This document shows, in pieces, positions 50,346 to 59,477 of a DNA stretch of 64,000 nt (within the stretch, counting starts at the first letter, position 1; each line of letters begins with the position of its first letter). The DNA comes from Patescibacteria group bacterium (GTDB lineage Bacteria; Patescibacteriota; Patescibacteriia; JAXHNJ01): the NCBI GenBank assembly GCA_043812155.1, contig JBDRMK010000017.1, forward strand, positions 77,824 through 141,823. Direction: 5' to 3'. Below the pieces are notes generated by a model. The model did no database searches. It was given only the letters and a program-made list of their open reading frames with translations, and was not told the DNA's origin. The position numbers and the translations under genes were made by a program.

Positions 50346-50460
50346 AAATAAAATCGCCTTGGACGATAGGGAGCAAAAAACGAAAGGTCTCGCTTAAATA
50401 GAGCGTTTATTAAGCCAGGAACTATCGTCAATTATAACCGGCTAGCGTCGGTTATTTTTT
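50346..50460 (+). promoter_or_regulatory. Structured 5' leader with intrinsic terminator (riboswitch candidate)
   Basis: TGcTATAAT promoter at 50331-50339, GACGATAG/CTATCGTC stem, and ATAACCGGC-TAGC-GTCGGTTAT plus T-tract before the antiporter ATG. Confidence 0.6.
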
Positions 50461-50491
50461 ATCGCATTTTTAAGTTATTAATATATTTAAC

Positions 50492-51451
50492 ATGATATTT
50501 TCCATACTGCTATTAATTATGGGGCTGATAATTTTAATCGCGGGCGCCGAAGGACTGGTACGCGGTTCAACTTCGCTGGCGAAAAAAATCGGCATTCCCC
50601 CCTTGATTATCGGTTTAACCATCGTCGCTTTCGGCACCTCAATGCCAGAATTAATTGTCAATATTTTTGCCGCTCTGGAAAAGACCTCAGACATCGCCGT
50701 CGGCAATATCATCGGCAGTAATATTTTTAATATTCTATTTATATTAGGGCTGGTTTCGATTTTCCGCCCCTTGACGGTAAAGAGCAGCACTGTCTGGAAG
50801 GAAATTCCTTTCGCTCTATTGGCGATGATTATGGTATTCATTATGGGAAATGACAGTTTTTTTGATAAAACCGGATTAAACGCTCTGACCCGCACAGACG
50901 GTTTTTCGCTGATCGCCATGTTCCTAATTTTTATGATTTATATTCTCAGTTTGGCCAAAAAAAACAAGGACGAAGAGCAAGAAAAAATAAAAATATATTC
51001 TTGGGGAATATCCATATCGTTTATTTCTGGCGGATTAATTCTATTGTTCTTGGGAGGAAAACTTTTAGTGGACAGCGCTATAGTGCTCGCCCAGCTGGCC
51101 GGTTTGTCGGAATCGCTGATTGGCCTGACTATTGTCGCAATCGGAACTTCTTTGCCGGAATTAGCCACTTCCGCGATAGCCGCTTATCACCGACATAACG
51201 ATATTGCGGTGGGCAATATTGTCGGATCCAATATTTTTAACATTTTCTGGATACTTGGCCTGACGAGCTCTATTTTTAAACTTCCGTTTAACCCTGGCAC
51301 CAATGTGGATTTAACAGCCGGAATAATAGCGACTTTTCTGCTATTTATTTTCATGTTTATCGGAACTCGGAAAAAATTAGATCGCTGGCAAGGAGTTTTA
51401 TTTCTGATGTCGTACATCGCTTACACGATATATCTCATCATAAGAGGATAA
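50492..51451 (+). CDS. Calcium/sodium antiporter (CaCA, YrbG-like)
   Basis: Duplicated GTS(M/L)PEL and GNI(I/V)GSNIFNI alpha-repeats. Confidence 0.95.
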   Translation: MIFSILLLIMGLIILIAGAEGLVRGSTSLAKKIGIPPLIIGLTIVAFGTSMPELIVNIFAALEKTSDIAVGNIIGSNIFNILFILGLVSIFRPLTVKSSTVWKEIPFALLAMIMVFIMGNDSFFDKTGLNALTRTDGFSLIAMFLIFMIYILSLAKKNKDEEQEKIKIYSWGISISFISGGLILLFLGGKLLVDSAIVLAQLAGLSESLIGLTIVAIGTSLPELATSAIAAYHRHNDIAVGNIVGSNIFNIFWILGLTSSIFKLPFNPGTNVDLTAGIIATFLLFIFMFIGTRKKLDRWQGVLFLMSYIAYTIYLIIRG

Positions 51452-51522
51452 ACATATTAATTGGCGGCGCAAGATATTCAATTGACTAATTTTCAGTTTT
51501 TTGTTATTTTTACACTACTTTT

Positions 51523-51572
51523 GTCCCTGTAGTTTCCGCCCGAGGCGGACCCGCCCTGGGCTGGCAACGGAC
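51523..51572 (+). pseudogene. 5' fragment of a tRNA-Arg-like gene interrupted by a 30-nt twin hairpin
   Basis: GTCCCTGTAGTT-[51535-51564]-CAACGGA matches the 5' end of the adjacent tRNA-Arg. Confidence 0.7.
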
Positions 51573-51585
51573 AATTTATTTATGA

Positions 51586-51657
51586 GCCCCTGTAGTTCAA
51601 CGGATAGAACAACAGCCTTCTAAGCTGTGGATACAGGTTCAATTCCTGTCGGGGGTA
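51586..51657 (+). tRNA. tRNA-Arg(UCU)
   Basis: Cloverleaf GCCCCTG/CGGGGGT, ACAGC-CTTCTAA-GCTGT, ACAGG-TTCAATT-CCTGT. CCA not encoded. Confidence 0.95.
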
Positions 51658-51674
51658 AATAACGAAATAATCAT

Positions 51675-51966
51675 GGTGCCTGTGGTGTAGTGGTTCGCAC
51701 ACGACTCTGCCCGCCCCGCTCGCCAAAGACAAATTAAAATATTATTTCTATTATATAAATTAAAAACTTAATTGAAGGGTTGCAGAAGGGTGACTATAGT
51801 GTAGTAGTTAGCACAGAGCCCTGTGGAGGCTTTAGCGAGGGTGCAAATCCCTCTAGTCACCCTTCTGCATCTCTAACATTTCTATGGCTCGCTTTGGCGG
51901 GCCGGGGTGGCAAGGGTTCTGCGCCAAAGGCGCATCAGCCTCTGGCTGAAATTCCCATCAGTTCCC
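51675..51966 (+). pseudogene. Degenerate outer tRNA-His split at the anticodon, with a T-loop insert
   Basis: 5' half GGTGCCTGTGGTGTAGTGGTTCGCACACGACTCT. 3' part GTGGCAAGGGTTC-[30 nt]-AATTCCCATCAG. The 3' anticodon strand is missing. Confidence 0.7.
51789..51861 (+). tRNA. tRNA-His(GUG) with encoded G-1, nested in the degenerate copy
   Basis: G-GTGACTA/TAGTCAC-C, GAGCC-CTGTGGA-GGCTT, GAGGG-TGCAAAT-CCCTC. Confidence 0.9.
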
Positions 51967-52011
51967 CACCAAAAATCATTCCTAAAAGGAATGGTTTTTG
52001 CTGTCAAGATA

Positions 52012-52046
52012 ATTAAAGGAACTCCGTCCAGACGGAGCTCCTTAAT
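52012..52046. terminator. Hairpin between convergent transcription units
   Basis: AAGGAACTCCGTC/GACGGAGCTCCTT inverted repeat. Confidence 0.65.
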
Positions 52047-52065
52047 TTAGTGGAATTAATATTTT

Positions 52066-52707
52066 TTAACCTTTCGCTTCCAAGCCGGCCAGTTCAAAAA
52101 AATCGCTTTCCGCTGCCTGATACTGGATTTGAATTGCGTCAAGATCACTTTTTGCGGTATCAATCTGACTGGTTAAACCGTCAATTTCCAGGCCTAAATC
52201 GTCTATGGTTTTTTGATCCGCCGCGCTAATAGTCGAGGATTTCTCCATGATACTGATCATGGATTTCAGTTTTTCAAGCATCTGGGTTTGAAGGTCATTA
52301 TATGTGATTTTTGCCGTATTTTCCTTCCCGGCCATCTCAATAAAGTTATCTGCGCTTGTCTTTATTTCAGCATCTTTTATTCCTTCAGCGGCGGTTTTCA
52401 ATTCAGCTATTTTGGCTTCCGCGGCGTCCAATTTCGCCGCCGCCTCGGCTTTCCGAGCCAGGGCGCTTTCAAGGATAACAAGCGCCTCAGTATAGTTTTT
52501 TTCATTTACTTGCTGTTCAAATTCATTCCAACCGGGCAAGATGGTCAAATCAGAAACTTGCGCCGCTTCTTCGTCTAGGGCTACTTTTTCGTTATGCGTG
52601 TCAATAAACGCTTGCGGCACTTTTGAAGCCGTCAAAAGGCTGTAGCCAAAAAACCCTAAAATTCCCAAGACCACCAGGATAATAACGATAATGACTGGTT
52701 TTTTCAT
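52066..52707 (-). CDS. Membrane-anchored coiled-coil hypothetical protein
   Basis: N-terminal TM, Ala/Glu-rich helical body. Confidence 0.75.
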   Translation of the reverse strand: MKKPVIIVIILVVLGILGFFGYSLLTASKVPQAFIDTHNEKVALDEEAAQVSDLTILPGWNEFEQQVNEKNYTEALVILESALARKAEAAAKLDAAEAKIAELKTAAEGIKDAEIKTSADNFIEMAGKENTAKITYNDLQTQMLEKLKSMISIMEKSSTISAADQKTIDDLGLEIDGLTSQIDTAKSDLDAIQIQYQAAESDFFELAGLEAKG

Positions 52708-52936
52708 AATTTTTAATTTAATAATTATTTCTTTCTTGCTTATTCTTTTTTAATCATAACACAACTGCTTTTTGATTAAAAGCGACCGATATTTACTGTA
52801 TAAAACGGTCGCATAAACATCAGCGGCCATTGGACTAACTAAAATTCAGCCAAGTATGATTAAATAATATTCAGCCCTTGATTTTATTCTAAAATTCAGT
52901 TAGAATACCTTATCATTCATCATTAACAATACTTGT

Positions 52937-53056
52937 ATGGCAAAAAGAGCGCACGCGGTGGGCCGGACGCAAAGGTCCCATTCTCACAAAACAAAAAAGA
53001 GACTGGAAATAAAAAGACTGATGCTTGAAGCCAGGGCCAAAAAATACCGTAAATAG
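52937..53056 (+). CDS. 39-aa highly basic small protein (below the ORF-track cutoff)
   Basis: MAKRAHAVGRTQRSHSHKTKKRLEIKRLMLEARAKKYRK. Own TTGATT-17-TAGAAT promoter and a terminator at about 53070-53102. Confidence 0.65.
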   Translation: MAKRAHAVGRTQRSHSHKTKKRLEIKRLMLEARAKKYRK

Positions 53057-53135
53057 AATTTTTAGGATAAAAAAACGCCTCTAAAAATTAGGAGGTGTTT
53101 TTAGTTAAGAGATGGTATAATAAATATATATTACT

Positions 53136-53564
53136 ATGAACCAAATACTCCCGTCGGAAAACCCTGCCAAGAAATCTAAAAAAATTTTATATGGATTGCT
53201 GATTGGTATGGCCGCGATCATCCTGCTGGGAATATGTTTAGGCTATTGGTATAACCAACTGCCGAAAAACAATCCGCAAAGGAGCCAATATACTTGCGAA
53301 CAAGCCGGCGGGCAGTGGCTGGTAGATGAATCGACTTGTCTGATTTCCAACCGGTTGGCCGGCGAGGCATGCACTGACGGCGGGCAATGCCAGTCCGGCG
53401 TCTGTTTTCCGCCTGACTTGACTGAAGAACATCAAGCCGCCGTCACCCGGGGAGAAAAAGTCTCCGGCCTGACCGGCACCTGTTATCCGGAAGAGTTGAT
53501 TGGAGACTGCGTAAAACAGATTCTCAAAGGAACCGTCTCGCGGGAATCGCTCTGTATTGAATGA
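53136..53564 (+). CDS. Membrane-anchored small Cys-rich protein
   Basis: TM helix, then CEQAGGQW and CTDGGQCQSGVC. Confidence 0.75.
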   Translation: MNQILPSENPAKKSKKILYGLLIGMAAIILLGICLGYWYNQLPKNNPQRSQYTCEQAGGQWLVDESTCLISNRLAGEACTDGGQCQSGVCFPPDLTEEHQAAVTRGEKVSGLTGTCYPEELIGDCVKQILKGTVSRESLCIE

Positions 53565-53585
53565 TATTTTTTCAAAAAAATTAGT

Positions 53586-53783
53586 ATGGATATGGACGGA
53601 CAACAAAGAGAAAATATAAGACCGGGTTTGAAAGTGGCAATCGTCTTGAAAAAAGACCAGACTTCCGGTCGGCTGACTGAAGGAATAGTCAGGGATATTT
53701 TGACTAATTCCTCTTTCCATCCGCATGGCATCAAGGTCAGATTGGAAACAGGAGAAGTGGGAAGAGTTAAGGAAATTTTTTAA
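53586..53783 (+). CDS. YwbE family (DUF2196) protein
   Basis: VLKKDQ.SG.LTEG.V.DILT.S..HPHGIKVRL..G.VGRV. Confidence 0.9.
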   Translation: MDMDGQQRENIRPGLKVAIVLKKDQTSGRLTEGIVRDILTNSSFHPHGIKVRLETGEVGRVKEIF

Positions 53784-53788
53784 TCCCT

Positions 53789-54127
53789 ATGAACCCAATT
53801 GTTATTATCGTCATTGCCCAATTGCTATTCACGACTAGCGACCTGGTTGGTCGCCATTTTATGACTACAAATGGATTCACACTCAAGTCATTTTTAAGTT
53901 TGTGGTTTTTGGGATACTTTCTCATACGCAACATAGCAATGTTCGGTCAACTGTATGTTTTTTCAAAAATTGAGCTTGGACACTCAATGGCTTTATTCGG
54001 AGCGACATCAATCGTTTTGGCGAATGTGTTAGGCTTTTTGTTCCTGAAAGAAGTTTTGTCACCAGTAACATATATCGGTATTGTTTTAGCGATTGGGGCG
54101 TTCTTAATCCTTGCTGTCCGCATCTAA
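53789..54127 (+). CDS. Small DMT/SMR-like membrane protein
   Basis: Four TM helices, LFLKE.LS...YIGI motif. Confidence 0.7.
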   Translation: MNPIVIIVIAQLLFTTSDLVGRHFMTTNGFTLKSFLSLWFLGYFLIRNIAMFGQLYVFSKIELGHSMALFGATSIVLANVLGFLFLKEVLSPVTYIGIVLAIGAFLILAVRI

Positions 54128-54216
54128 CTTTTATAAATTTCAATGAAGAAAACTTTAAATCAAAAAGCCCGAATATATCTCTAGTGTTATGGCTTATTTT
54201 TTGTCCAGACGAAATT

Positions 54217-54365
54217 AGTTGCTCTTTCTGGCAGCCCTTCGGCCCGGCTCAGGGCAGGCTCCAAGAGCCAAAGACTGCTGGGGGCTTCAGTTTTTGATAC
54301 CTCTAACATCTTAGTCTATTCTTAAACAAAAAAGGAAGCCCCCAGACCCCCAGCACTCTAAAGTC
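54217..54365 (-). repeat. Structured repeat element, copy A (inverted copy of 60282-60401)
   Basis: Reverse complement aligns closely with 60282-60401, with an extra CCTGCCCTGAG..GAAGGG insert. Confidence 0.85.
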
Positions 54366-54454
54366 TTTTAGTTACTGCTAATTTTTTACAGCGGGATTTT
54401 TTTATAAAATTAATATTCCACGTTTTTGCTACACGAGATACAGAAAACCAGGCG

Positions 54455-54570
54455 GACGAGGGGGCTCCGGGGGCAAAGCTGGAAGCCAAACGGCCACACG
54501 GGAAAACCTTGCCCTGCTCTCGCGGTTTTTTGCCCCCGGAACTTTTGCAACTTTTGGTTACAAAAGTTGA
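54455..54570 (+). repeat. Related structured element, copy C
   Basis: GGGGGCTCCGGGGGCAAA...TTTGCCCCCGGA stem followed by CAACTTTTG/CAAAAGTTG hairpin. Same layout as copy B. Confidence 0.6.
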
Positions 54571-54699
54571 AATCATCAACCTAAAGCAAAAATTCAGTTA
54601 AACTACCAGGACTACACTCAAATAATAGATAAAGAAAAAAGAGATTCTTTAAAACCGCCCCTTTTCGCCCTAAACCGGGTTTTTTGGTAGAATATATAT

Positions 54700-55329
54700 A
54701 TGACTGAAGAAAAATACATCAGACTGAATACTGTTTTAAAGCCGCCGCAGGAAATTGTAGAAAAGGTAATTACTTTAAGCCAGGAAATCGGAAAAAAGCA
54801 CGCCGCGGAATTTATATTGGATGGCCGGAATTTTTTTCCTCATCTCACTCTTTATTCCCCGGAATATCCCCAAAACCGATTAGATGATGTCATGGAAAAA
54901 GTAAATATACTGGCGGAAGAATTTCCAGCCGTTAATATGGAATATAAGGGTCTTAGATCCGGCCAAGGCTTTATCGTTCTTGATTTTGCCCTGACTCCGG
55001 CCATCAAAAAAATGCACGAAACGATTGTAAAAATTTTGAATCCATTAAGGGAGGGGCATCACAAGGAAAAATATGACGCCCCGGATTACCAGATGAAAAT
55101 GTCCGATGAGCAAAAAAACAATATTATAAAATACGGTTATCCTGACGCGATGGGTTTATATCATCCGCATCTTTCTATCATTCGCCTGAAAGATGAAAAA
55201 ATCGCCCGGGAAATTTGCCAAAATTTAACCTGGTCAGAAAAAGAATTTACTATAGACACCCTGGCAGTCTATAAGATGGGAAAACACGGCACTTGCACGG
55301 AACTGGAGGCTGAATTCAAACTTTCATAA
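54700..55329 (+). CDS. 2H phosphoesterase superfamily protein (2'-5' RNA ligase/DUF1045-like)
   Basis: Two HxT/S motifs: PHLTL and PHLSI. Confidence 0.8.
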   Translation: MTEEKYIRLNTVLKPPQEIVEKVITLSQEIGKKHAAEFILDGRNFFPHLTLYSPEYPQNRLDDVMEKVNILAEEFPAVNMEYKGLRSGQGFIVLDFALTPAIKKMHETIVKILNPLREGHHKEKYDAPDYQMKMSDEQKNNIIKYGYPDAMGLYHPHLSIIRLKDEKIAREICQNLTWSEKEFTIDTLAVYKMGKHGTCTELEAEFKLS

Positions 55330-55344
55330 AAAAATATTAACATA

Positions 55345-55378
55345 AAAAATGACCCGCGGAAGATAACTCCCGCGGGTC
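55345..55378. terminator. Terminator hairpin between convergent genes
   Basis: GACCCGCGG/CCGCGGGTC inverted repeat with an A-tract. Confidence 0.7.
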
Positions 55379-55399
55379 GGTTAAGGTTCATAAGAAAGT

Positions 55400-58300
55400 T
55401 CAGTTTCGTTCGCACCACTGCCTGGCGTTCTGGAACATCATAAGCCAGGGAGAAGCCTGGAGTTTTCCTCTCCAGTCTTCCGGCAGCCAGGGCCACTGCC
55501 AGGCCAAGAAAACGCGTTCCGGGTGCGGCATGATAGCCAGGTGCCGGCCATCGCCGGAACAAAGAGCAGCGATCCCGTTTCTGGAGCCGTTCGGGTTATA
55601 CGGATACTGCTCCGTCGGCTGGCCGTCATCATCCACAAAGACCGCCGGAACCAAGCTATAAGCAGCCGCTCCTTCCAGGATTGCCGGATCGGGACAATAC
55701 AGACGCCCCTCGCCGTGGGCCACCCAAATTCCCAGAGTTGATCCCGCCATATTGTTAAGCATTATGGAAGGACTCCTGAGAATCTTAGCGGTCACCCAGC
55801 GGGATTCGAAGCGTTCCGACGAGTTGCGGATGAAGCGCGGCTGCTTTTCGCTAGGTATCCCTTCCCAGGGCACCCAGCCTAAAAGCACCTCCAGCTGACA
55901 GCCGTTGCAGACACCGAGGGAAAACGTATCCGGCCTTTGGCGGAAACGCTCGAACATCTCGCGGAGCCGGCCGTTGAACTTAATGCTGCCGGCCCAACCC
56001 TTGGCGCTGTCCAGCACATCCGCATATGAGAAACCGCCGACAAAGACGGCCCCCCGGCAAGCCTCAAGCGAGTAGTCGCCGTTCAAAAGGTCAGTCATGG
56101 TGACATCCACGGAATTGAATCCGGCCAGATAGAAAGCCGAAGTCATTTCCCGGTCACCGTTACTGCCTTCCTCCCGGATGATTGCCACTTCAGGCTTAAC
56201 CGTCCGAAGCAGAACTTCCGGCGCGGTTGCTTGCGGCTCAAAGGAAAGGTAATAGCGAGGACCTTTTCGGTCGTGCCGTCCGGCCTGATCCAAGGCAAAC
56301 TTGAGATTCATCTGATGTTTCTCAAGCTCGTCGCTGATTGACTCCCACCAGGAAAGAAGGGTGGGAAGTTCAAGATCAGGCACGACTTCACGACCCTGCC
56401 GCAAGCTTATCCGGCGTTCAATTGTCGTCTTGCCTAAATCGTAAACCGGAACACCGCATTCACCCAAGAGGCTTCTTATCTCGGCTTCGTTTTCGGGCAA
56501 AACTTCCAAGACCGCTCCCAGTTCTTCCGAAAACAAGGACTCTATGACAGTCCCGTTATACGGCACTTCCACTTTTATCCCACTGTTGCCGGCCAGGGCC
56601 ATTTCCACCAGAGTCGTGATGAGCCCGGCGTCACTGATATCATGGCCGGCCAAAATCAGATCTCGGTCGATCAGCTTTTGGACAGACAAGAAAGTGTTTT
56701 TCAGCAAAGCGGGATCATCAACATCCGGCGATTCGTTGCCGATCTGCTGGTGGATTTGTGCCAGGGCCGAACCGCCCAAACGATGTTTGCCCGGAGCCAT
56801 GGTCAAGAATAAAAGAGAACTTAGCCCGGGCCGCTTGATGTCCGGAGTGACCACCTTGGTAATGTCAGGCACAGTGACATAGGCGGAAATAACCAGCTGT
56901 CCCGGCGCTTTGACGGTTTCATCGCCGACCCTAGCCGCCATGGACAGACTGTCTTTACCTCCGTCTACCGCCATACCCAACTTAATCATCAGGTCACGCA
57001 TCGCCTCAGCCGCCGCGCGCATTTTGGCGCCTTCACCTGGCATCTTGCCAGCCCACATCCAATTGGCCGAACATTTGACGTCGGAAAGGGAGCTAATCCG
57101 GGCGAACATCAGATTGGTCAGGCATTCCGCCACGGCCATCCGAGCCCCGGCTTGCGGTGAAACCAGCATCTTAATCGGCTGCTCCCCGATAGCCGTGGCC
57201 GCGCCTGTCAGACCGAAATGGCTTTGGGCCACCACACTGACGTCGGAAACCGGAAGCTGCAAAGGACCGCAGCACTGCTGTCGGGCGACGAGGCCGGTCA
57301 CGCTCCGGTCAACCTTGCGCACCAGGTACCCTTTCGAACCGACTGAAGGCAGGCGAAAGACTTTCTGAAGAGCTTCCGCCACGGACAGATCAGCCGGAAG
57401 AGAAAGAGGAGCAAGCGCGAGAGGCACGGGATCGATCACGAAGGTTTTCTGCGGCATGTGACAGAGGATTTTGCCGAGATCAAGATCGACGGGCCGGGAA
57501 CCATCCTGGGAGTCTGAGACCGTAATGCGTCCATCGCCGGTGATTTCCCCCAAGATCTCGCAGTTGACTTTCTCACGGGTGCAGATCGCCTTGAATTCGT
57601 CTACCCGGTCGGGAAAAATCAGAAACGCGTCGCGCTCCTGGTATTCCGCTCCCCAGATTTCTAGGAAAGACATGGTCGCGTCACCCACCTGAATCTGGCG
57701 GATGTCTACGCGGCCGCCGGCCGGCTCCACGAGCTCGGTCAGGACGTTGCAGGGTCCGCCCGCGCCTTGATCGTGAGCGACTCGGATGGGATTTTTTTCT
57801 CCCATCTCGACGCAGGCCCGTACAACACGGTTAAGTTTCTGTTCCTCTTCCGCGTCGCCGCGCTGAACCGCGTTGAAATCCAGTTCGGCTTTGTTTTCCC
57901 CCTGAATCATACTGGAAGCCGAACCACCGCCCATGCCAATTCGGTAAGCCGGCCCGCCGACCTGAACGATAACCAGGCCAGGGGTTGGCTTGTCCTTTTT
58001 GATATGGCGGTCGTCAATCTGACCCACGCCGCCAGTGAACATGATTGGTTTGATCCATTCACGACGTTCACCGTCAGGCAGTCTCAGACCGAAAGTCCGG
58101 ACAAATCCCTGAGTAACCGGCTCGCCAAACTTATTCCCATAGTCAGAAGCACCATTGCTCTCTTCTATCAGGATGGTAAGCGGAGAAGCCAGATTGCTAG
58201 GATACTCGAAGTCCGGGTTTTCGCCGGGTATCGTGTAATCGGGAATATTGAGATTTCCCACGCAATAACCGGCGGTTCCCGCGATCACCAAGCCGCCCTG

Positions 58301-59242
58301 ACCGACACATTGACCGTCACGGATACGCCCGCCTGTTCCGGTAGTGGCACCGGGGAAAGGAGCGACTCCGCTGGGAAAATTGTGGGTCTCGGCGGTAAAA
58401 GTAATGTGGTACAAACGAGTCTCCAGGGAAAAAGGCGAGCAAATTCCAGGGGCGTTCGGAATGAGCGTCAGAATTTGATACCCTCGGATACTGCTGGCAT
58501 CGTCGCTGAAACCGATGATGCTGTTCCCCGGATTGGCCTGAAGCGTGGACTTAACGATCTCGAAAAGAGTCTCGGGAAGTTCCTGTCCGTTCTGGACCAT
58601 TTTTCCCTTGAAGAACCAGTGGCGGGAATGTTCGCTGTTGGCTTGTCCCAACTGAAAACATTCCGCGTCTGTGGGATCAAGGCCGATGTCATTCACAAAC
58701 AGGTTGAAGTAAAAATCAAGATCCCACGCATCCATGCCCAGACCCATTTCCCGGTTAATGTTTGCCAAAGCGCCGATTCTCTCTTTCCTTAAGGGAATTA
58801 TTCGAACGAGCTTTGGAGCCATCCCGGTAGAAAAAGTGCTGAGCGGCTGAACATACTGGCATTCGGTCATGCGGTCGTGATGATTCGCCAAAAAAGCGGC
58901 TTCGTCACTTCCTTCCGGCAGGACATAGCGGCGGGACCGTTCAAGGCGGGTCACTTTGGTCAGGCCGCAGGCATGGCAGATGCCGACCGCGTTGGTTGAA
59001 AAAGCGGTGGCAAAATTCAAGCGCGGGCCGATTTCGATGACCGCGTTTGCTTGAGGCCCGGAAAGTAGAGAATTCTTATCCAGGTATAACGGCTCAAAAG
59101 TCTCGGCAAGAAGCCATATGAGAACTCTTTGCTCCTCGGCCGAGAGAGACTCCGATGTTTCCACATTGAAACAATATTCCATCTGTGGACTGATTCGGCG
59201 GTAGAAACGTTGCACCATTGAACTGTTTTCTTTTTTTCCCAT
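55400..59242 (-). CDS. purL: Large single-chain phosphoribosylformylglycinamidine synthase
   Basis: NSEHSRH, ETHNFP, GTGGRIRD, GVCNGCQ, MPHPER motifs, 1280 aa. Confidence 0.96.
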   Translation of the reverse strand: MGKKENSSMVQRFYRRISPQMEYCFNVETSESLSAEEQRVLIWLLAETFEPLYLDKNSLLSGPQANAVIEIGPRLNFATAFSTNAVGICHACGLTKVTRLERSRRYVLPEGSDEAAFLANHHDRMTECQYVQPLSTFSTGMAPKLVRIIPLRKERIGALANINREMGLGMDAWDLDFYFNLFVNDIGLDPTDAECFQLGQANSEHSRHWFFKGKMVQNGQELPETLFEIVKSTLQANPGNSIIGFSDDASSIRGYQILTLIPNAPGICSPFSLETRLYHITFTAETHNFPSGVAPFPGATTGTGGRIRDGQCVGQGGLVIAGTAGYCVGNLNIPDYTIPGENPDFEYPSNLASPLTILIEESNGASDYGNKFGEPVTQGFVRTFGLRLPDGERREWIKPIMFTGGVGQIDDRHIKKDKPTPGLVIVQVGGPAYRIGMGGGSASSMIQGENKAELDFNAVQRGDAEEEQKLNRVVRACVEMGEKNPIRVAHDQGAGGPCNVLTELVEPAGGRVDIRQIQVGDATMSFLEIWGAEYQERDAFLIFPDRVDEFKAICTREKVNCEILGEITGDGRITVSDSQDGSRPVDLDLGKILCHMPQKTFVIDPVPLALAPLSLPADLSVAEALQKVFRLPSVGSKGYLVRKVDRSVTGLVARQQCCGPLQLPVSDVSVVAQSHFGLTGAATAIGEQPIKMLVSPQAGARMAVAECLTNLMFARISSLSDVKCSANWMWAGKMPGEGAKMRAAAEAMRDLMIKLGMAVDGGKDSLSMAARVGDETVKAPGQLVISAYVTVPDITKVVTPDIKRPGLSSLLFLTMAPGKHRLGGSALAQIHQQIGNESPDVDDPALLKNTFLSVQKLIDRDLILAGHDISDAGLITTLVEMALAGNSGIKVEVPYNGTVIESLFSEELGAVLEVLPENEAEIRSLLGECGVPVYDLGKTTIERRISLRQGREVVPDLELPTLLSWWESISDELEKHQMNLKFALDQAGRHDRKGPRYYLSFEPQATAPEVLLRTVKPEVAIIREEGSNGDREMTSAFYLAGFNSVDVTMTDLLNGDYSLEACRGAVFVGGFSYADVLDSAKGWAGSIKFNGRLREMFERFRQRPDTFSLGVCNGCQLEVLLGWVPWEGIPSEKQPRFIRNSSERFESRWVTAKILRSPSIMLNNMAGSTLGIWVAHGEGRLYCPDPAILEGAAAYSLVPAVFVDDDGQPTEQYPYNPNGSRNGIAALCSGDGRHLAIMPHPERVFLAWQWPWLPEDWRGKLQASPWLMMFQNARQWCERN

Positions 59243-59477
59243 GATTTACAACCTTCCTTTCTGGAGTGCTTCCGTTTGACAGTAAACTAAATAACTAGTT
59301 TTTATCTTGACGCTAATCTTAAACAAGATTAGCGCTAATCAGTGCTTATTTTTCGCATTTTTTCAATGAACTAGTTAAAGTATCTTATACTATTAATAAG
59401 ACAACTGTCAATCAGTTTCACTGGTCTATAATTAAAGAGAAAGGGCGCTAAAAGTTATATTATGTTATGATAATTAC

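Noticed and set aside
51710-51906. Functional group I intron in tRNA-His
   Set aside because: No catalytic core is visible and the flanking exons cannot rebuild a complete tRNA. Kept only as a possible remnant.
51780-52016. 78-aa ORF over the tRNA locus
   Set aside because: It overlaps tRNA-His and hairpin repeats, so it is not credible as a protein.
57767-58792. 341-aa plus-strand ORF and other long antisense ORFs (e.g. 10697..11287, 16527..17183)
   Set aside because: They are shadows of well-supported genes on the opposite strand and have no motifs.
59243-59400. Purine, ZTP or PRPP riboswitch upstream of purL
   Set aside because: Hairpins are present but I could not recognise any consensus of these classes.
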